From positions 576,001 to 640,000 of the forward strand of contig CBDFJG010000003.1 in NCBI GenBank assembly GCA_965248445.1: 64,000 nucleotides of DNA, in the 5' to 3' direction. This DNA comes from Planctomycetota bacterium. GTDB lineage: Bacteria; Planctomycetota; JAJSAM01; JAJVHW01. The notes under the pieces were generated by a model, which saw nothing but the letters and a program-made list of their open reading frames with translations, made no database searches and was not told where the DNA came from. Positions 60,501 through 64,000 of this stretch are shown piece after piece; position 1 is the stretch's first letter; each line of letters starts with the position of its first letter. Both the position numbers and the translations under genes were made by a program.

Positions 60501-61240
60501 GCCGCGTCCTCGCGCTCACCCGACGGGAACTCGGGTCGTACTTCTTCGCGCCGGTGCCGTACGTCGTGATGTTCTTCTTCCTGATCCTGACCTGGATCTT
60601 CTTCCAGGGCAGCGTGTTCCAGTTCCCGATGGGCCGGCGGGTGGCGGATGTCAGCTACTCGCACGTGTTCGACACGCTGCACTTCATCCTGATCTTCCTG
60701 CTCCCGCTGCTGACCATGAACACGGTCGCAGAGGAGCGCAGCCGCAACACGCTCGAGACGCTGTTGACGGCGCCGGTACACGACTGGCAGGTGATCCTCT
60801 CCAAGTGGACCGGCGCGTTCTGCTTCTACGTGACGATGCTCGCGCCGACGCTCGTGTACTGGGCGATCCTGGCGTATCTCGGACAGTCGATCGGGAAGCC
60901 GGATCCGGGGCCGGTCGCCTCGGCCTACCTCGGCGCGATGCTGCTGGGTGGCTTGTACATCGCGATCGGGATTTTCGCGTCGGCGCTCACGGAGAACGCA
61001 CTGCTCTCCGCGTTCTTCGCGTTCTTCGTCCTGCTCGCACTGATCGTCGCGGAGTTCTTCCCCGGCGTCGATGAGATCGCGTGGCTGCGCGCCGCGGCGG
61101 GCTACGTGAATCCGCACAAGCATCTACAGCACTTCCTGAACGGTCTGATCGCTCCGTCCCACGTGTTCTATTTTGTGTCCATGACGGCGTACTTCCTGTT
61201 CCTGGCGGTGCGCGCTCTCGAGTCGAGGAAGTGGCGATGA
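60497..61240 (+). CDS. ABC-2 permease (GldF-like)
   Basis: REL.SYF..P..Y, P.LTM..AEER...TLE.LLTAP, K; six TM helices. Confidence 0.92.
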   Translation: MSRVLALTRRELGSYFFAPVPYVVMFFFLILTWIFFQGSVFQFPMGRRVADVSYSHVFDTLHFILIFLLPLLTMNTVAEERSRNTLETLLTAPVHDWQVILSKWTGAFCFYVTMLAPTLVYWAILAYLGQSIGKPDPGPVASAYLGAMLLGGLYIAIGIFASALTENALLSAFFAFFVLLALIVAEFFPGVDEIAWLRAAAGYVNPHKHLQHFLNGLIAPSHVFYFVSMTAYFLFLAVRALESRKWR

Positions 61241-63132
61241 GCGACGACGATCGCCCAGAAGACAACGCAGGCGACATCGCAGACGACGTCGCGGCTGAGC
61301 GCGCGGACGGCGTGCCGGTCGACGCCGCGGCAACTGCGGCCTCGGCAACTGGGGCCTCGGCGGAGTCCGAGCAGAAGACGCCCGAGAACGTCCCGTACCA
61401 GGCCGCAGGCAGAAGTTCGTGGTGGGGCTACTCGTTCTTCCTCGGACTCGTGCTCATGCTGAGCGGGTTCCTGTGGAAGGAGATCGAGGGCAGCAGCGTC
61501 GTCGTGCTGGTCTGGATCGTCGCGGGGTTCTGGTTCGCACTGGCCCCGTTCGTCTGGCACGCGGTGGACGTCCTGGCCGTTCTCCGGTCCCGCCGCGGAC
61601 TGGCGAGCGGCTTCGTGGCGCTCACGATCGTCCTCGGCACCGCGCTGATGGTCGGCGTTTCGTGGGTGGGTGACCAGCACCTGGACAAGAGCCTGCGCCT
61701 CATCGGGATCCAGCCCAAGGACACGACCGTGTCCGGCCGGTACACGCTCAGCGACGAGTCGCAGAAGCTCCTGGACGACATCGACGGCACGATCTACGCC
61801 ACGTATCTGCACCGCGCGGATCCGACGATGCTGAGCGTCGAGGTGATCGAGCAGTTGCGGACCTACGCCAGCGCCGATCCCGACTTCGTCCTGCGCGAAA
61901 TCACGCCGCTGGCGGATCCGGAGCCGAGCAACAAGTACCTCGCGTCCGTAGGGGTGACCCGCATCTCGACCGCCGAGACCGAGGACGTCGTCGTCTTCTC
62001 GCACGCGGAGAGTGGACGCGAGCCGGAGCCGGGCAAGCACAAGGAGATGCGCCTCGACCCCTACGCCTTCCGGAGGACGACGGCGCTCGGCGAGCAGAAG
62101 TGGCTCGGCGAGCAGATGATCACCGAATCGGTTTACGAACTGGTCTATCGCACGTACCGCATCTACACGACGACCGGGCACGGTGAGTCCAAGATCACCG
62201 AGGAGATGCGCGCGTTCCGCGATGCGCTCCAGTCGCAGAACATCCAACTCGCCGACAAGCCTCTCGACCTTCGATCGAACGCGCAGATCCCGGAAGACTG
62301 CGACCTCTTGTTCGTCGCGTATCCGCGGACCGCGTTCACGGCCGAGGAGGCGCAGGTTCTCGGCGCGTACCTCGATGGCGGAGGCGCGATGATGCTGACC
62401 GTCGACGTCGCGGAGAAGCGGCGGACCCTCGGCATCGAGCAGGCACTCGACAAGTTCGGGCTCTTCCCGCGCCTCAACTACATGGTGCTCGCGCCGCGAG
62501 TGAGCGGAGTCACTCAGGCAGGCACTCAGTTCACCCTCAGCGCGACGCTCTCGGTCATCGGGCCGTTCTACTCGGACCACGCGATCGTGAAGCCGCTGCG
62601 CGACCGGAACTTCGGCACGTACTTCACGCGCTCCACGTTCGTCGAGATCGAGGACGAACCCCCGGAGGGTTTGACCGTCGAGCCGATCATCTGGGCGCCC
62701 ATGATTCCCGGCACGCCGGACGGCCAGGCGGTCGGCATGCTGCAACAAGTCGGCCGCACGAGTTTCACGTCACCGATCCCGGGAAAGGACCGGACGGGAT
62801 CGCGCCTCGCGATCGCTGCGGTTGCCGAGCGCGTGGTGCCCACAGCGCCGGGCGAACCGGCCAAGAGCGCACGCGTGGTGTACTTCGGCGACACCGACTT
62901 CGTCACTGACCGGGTCGCCTCGAAGGTCGCGTCCAACATCGATCTGGCGGTGGGCGCGGTGCAATGGTGCATCAAGCGCGAGAAGCTGATCGCCGTGAGC
63001 GAACGCACCATCGATCAGAGGCGCGTGGACGTCTCCGAAAAGGACATCAAACTGGCACGCCTCTGGCCGCTCGGAGTCGCGTTCTTGTCATTGATCTTGG
63101 GTGGGCTCGTGTGGTGGGCCCGCAGGCGATGA
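61237..63132 (+). CDS. GldG-like ABC-type auxiliary protein
   Basis: D.T...YTLS..S, GHGE, GD.DF...N, C-terminal TM ending WWARRR. Confidence 0.88.
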   Translation: MSDDDRPEDNAGDIADDVAAERADGVPVDAAATAASATGASAESEQKTPENVPYQAAGRSSWWGYSFFLGLVLMLSGFLWKEIEGSSVVVLVWIVAGFWFALAPFVWHAVDVLAVLRSRRGLASGFVALTIVLGTALMVGVSWVGDQHLDKSLRLIGIQPKDTTVSGRYTLSDESQKLLDDIDGTIYATYLHRADPTMLSVEVIEQLRTYASADPDFVLREITPLADPEPSNKYLASVGVTRISTAETEDVVVFSHAESGREPEPGKHKEMRLDPYAFRRTTALGEQKWLGEQMITESVYELVYRTYRIYTTTGHGESKITEEMRAFRDALQSQNIQLADKPLDLRSNAQIPEDCDLLFVAYPRTAFTAEEAQVLGAYLDGGGAMMLTVDVAEKRRTLGIEQALDKFGLFPRLNYMVLAPRVSGVTQAGTQFTLSATLSVIGPFYSDHAIVKPLRDRNFGTYFTRSTFVEIEDEPPEGLTVEPIIWAPMIPGTPDGQAVGMLQQVGRTSFTSPIPGKDRTGSRLAIAAVAERVVPTAPGEPAKSARVVYFGDTDFVTDRVASKVASNIDLAVGAVQWCIKREKLIAVSERTIDQRRVDVSEKDIKLARLWPLGVAFLSLILGGLVWWARRR

Positions 63133-63172
63133 TCCGCCGGATACGAACAACGAGAGGTCACAGAAGAACGCC

Positions 63173-64000
63173 GTGAAGTTCCGCAACGTCGTCGTCATGT
63201 TCGTGCTCGTCGCCCTCTCCGCGCTGCTCGTGTGGGCCTTGCGCGGTGGCGACAGCGACGCGTCGCTCGTGCCGGCGACCGCGCCCGGTTCGTTCGATCG
63301 GGCCGACGTGCAGCGCATCGAGAACCGAGCCGGTGACGACGAGATCATCTTGCGCCGCGCCGTGGGTGCGAGCGACTCATGGGAGCTGAAGGTCCGCGAC
63401 TCGTTCGTGCGCGCGGACGCCGTCCTCGTGGACGAACTCCTCGCGACCATGCAGAAGGCCATCGTGGGCACCCACTTCGTTGCGTCGGATCTCACCCCCG
63501 GGGCGCTGCGGTCCTACGGTCTCGAATCGCCCGAAATGGTGATCGACCTCCATCTCACCGGTGGGAAGCGGACGACGCGGATCGGTGCGGTGACCCGCGA
63601 GCGTACGCAAATGTACGTCGACCGCGGACCAGGCACGGACGTGTACGTCGTGCCGACGGACTCGCGCGACGAGTGGATGAACGCCTTCTCGAACGGACTT
63701 CGCGATCACCGCGTCGTCGACGTGCAGAACTACGACATCCAATACGTAGAGATCACCCGGCATGGCGTGACCAGGCTCGAGATCGAGAAGGACCTGTCGC
63801 AGGTCTGGCACGTGCGCCAGCCGTTCAAGGGCTTCGCCAACCCACAGCAGTTCGAAGAGGTCCTCAACGCGATCGCGAACGCGCGCGCGTCCGGCGTTGT
63901 CGACGACGACGCACAGACGGTGGGTGAGTACGGATTCGTACCGCCCGCCTATGAGATCCTGCTTCGCACCAAGCGGGGCGAGGAGCGCACGGTGCTCGTG
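63173..64000 (+). CDS. DUF4340-like protein (3' truncated by window edge)
   Basis: MKFRNVVVMFVLVAL N-terminal TM; repeated W....P..AD/AN and YGL..P motifs; fourth gene of a Gld-like operon. Confidence 0.8.
   Translation, partial: MKFRNVVVMFVLVALSALLVWALRGGDSDASLVPATAPGSFDRADVQRIENRAGDDEIILRRAVGASDSWELKVRDSFVRADAVLVDELLATMQKAIVGTHFVASDLTPGALRSYGLESPEMVIDLHLTGGKRTTRIGAVTRERTQMYVDRGPGTDVYVVPTDSRDEWMNAFSNGLRDHRVVDVQNYDIQYVEITRHGVTRLEIEKDLSQVWHVRQPFKGFANPQQFEEVLNAIANARASGVVDDDAQTVGEYGFVPPAYEILLRTKRGEERTVLV

Overview
GC-rich bacterial chromosomal window, most consistent with a Planctomycetota-like genome. That placement is inferred from the TsaC-LMW-phosphatase fusion, a secreted Gly-rich HEAT protein, a T2SS cluster and a futalosine-type menaquinone cluster. 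The first ~47 kb is mostly housekeeping: FAD oxidase, GT2, GNAT-deacetylase fusion, aminotransferase, tgt, spoIID-like, ruvB, menG/ubiX/ubiA-like, holA, mutL, miaA, nadD, cvpA, PrkA-like ATPase, gspDEFG plus minor pseudopilins, rpsU, rpiB, a radical SAM enzyme with a wHTH regulator, tsaC-PTP, a kinase/NtrC pair and dnaK. An accessory, lipoprotein-rich block (~47-59.4 kb) follows, then a Gld-like ABC operon running off the end. Best signals: (1) a thioredoxin-like gene split by an in-frame TGA at the first position of a UxxC motif, followed by a bacterial SECIS-like hairpin, i.e. a probable secreted selenoprotein missed by the ORF track; (2) a lipoprotein subtilase with Glu-Asp-Ser in place of Asp-His-Ser, co-oriented with a Ser/Thr kinase-NTPase-TPR gene, a small lipoprotein and the selenoprotein; (3) a 6S-RNA-like rod upstream of ruvB; (4) a twice-repeated palindromic operator around a wHTH regulator; (5) a possible ESCRT-III/Snf7-like helical protein; (6) several covarying intergenic hairpin repeats. 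No tRNA, rRNA, CRISPR array, transposase or integrase was recognised. All calls come from reading motifs by eye; no searches were run.
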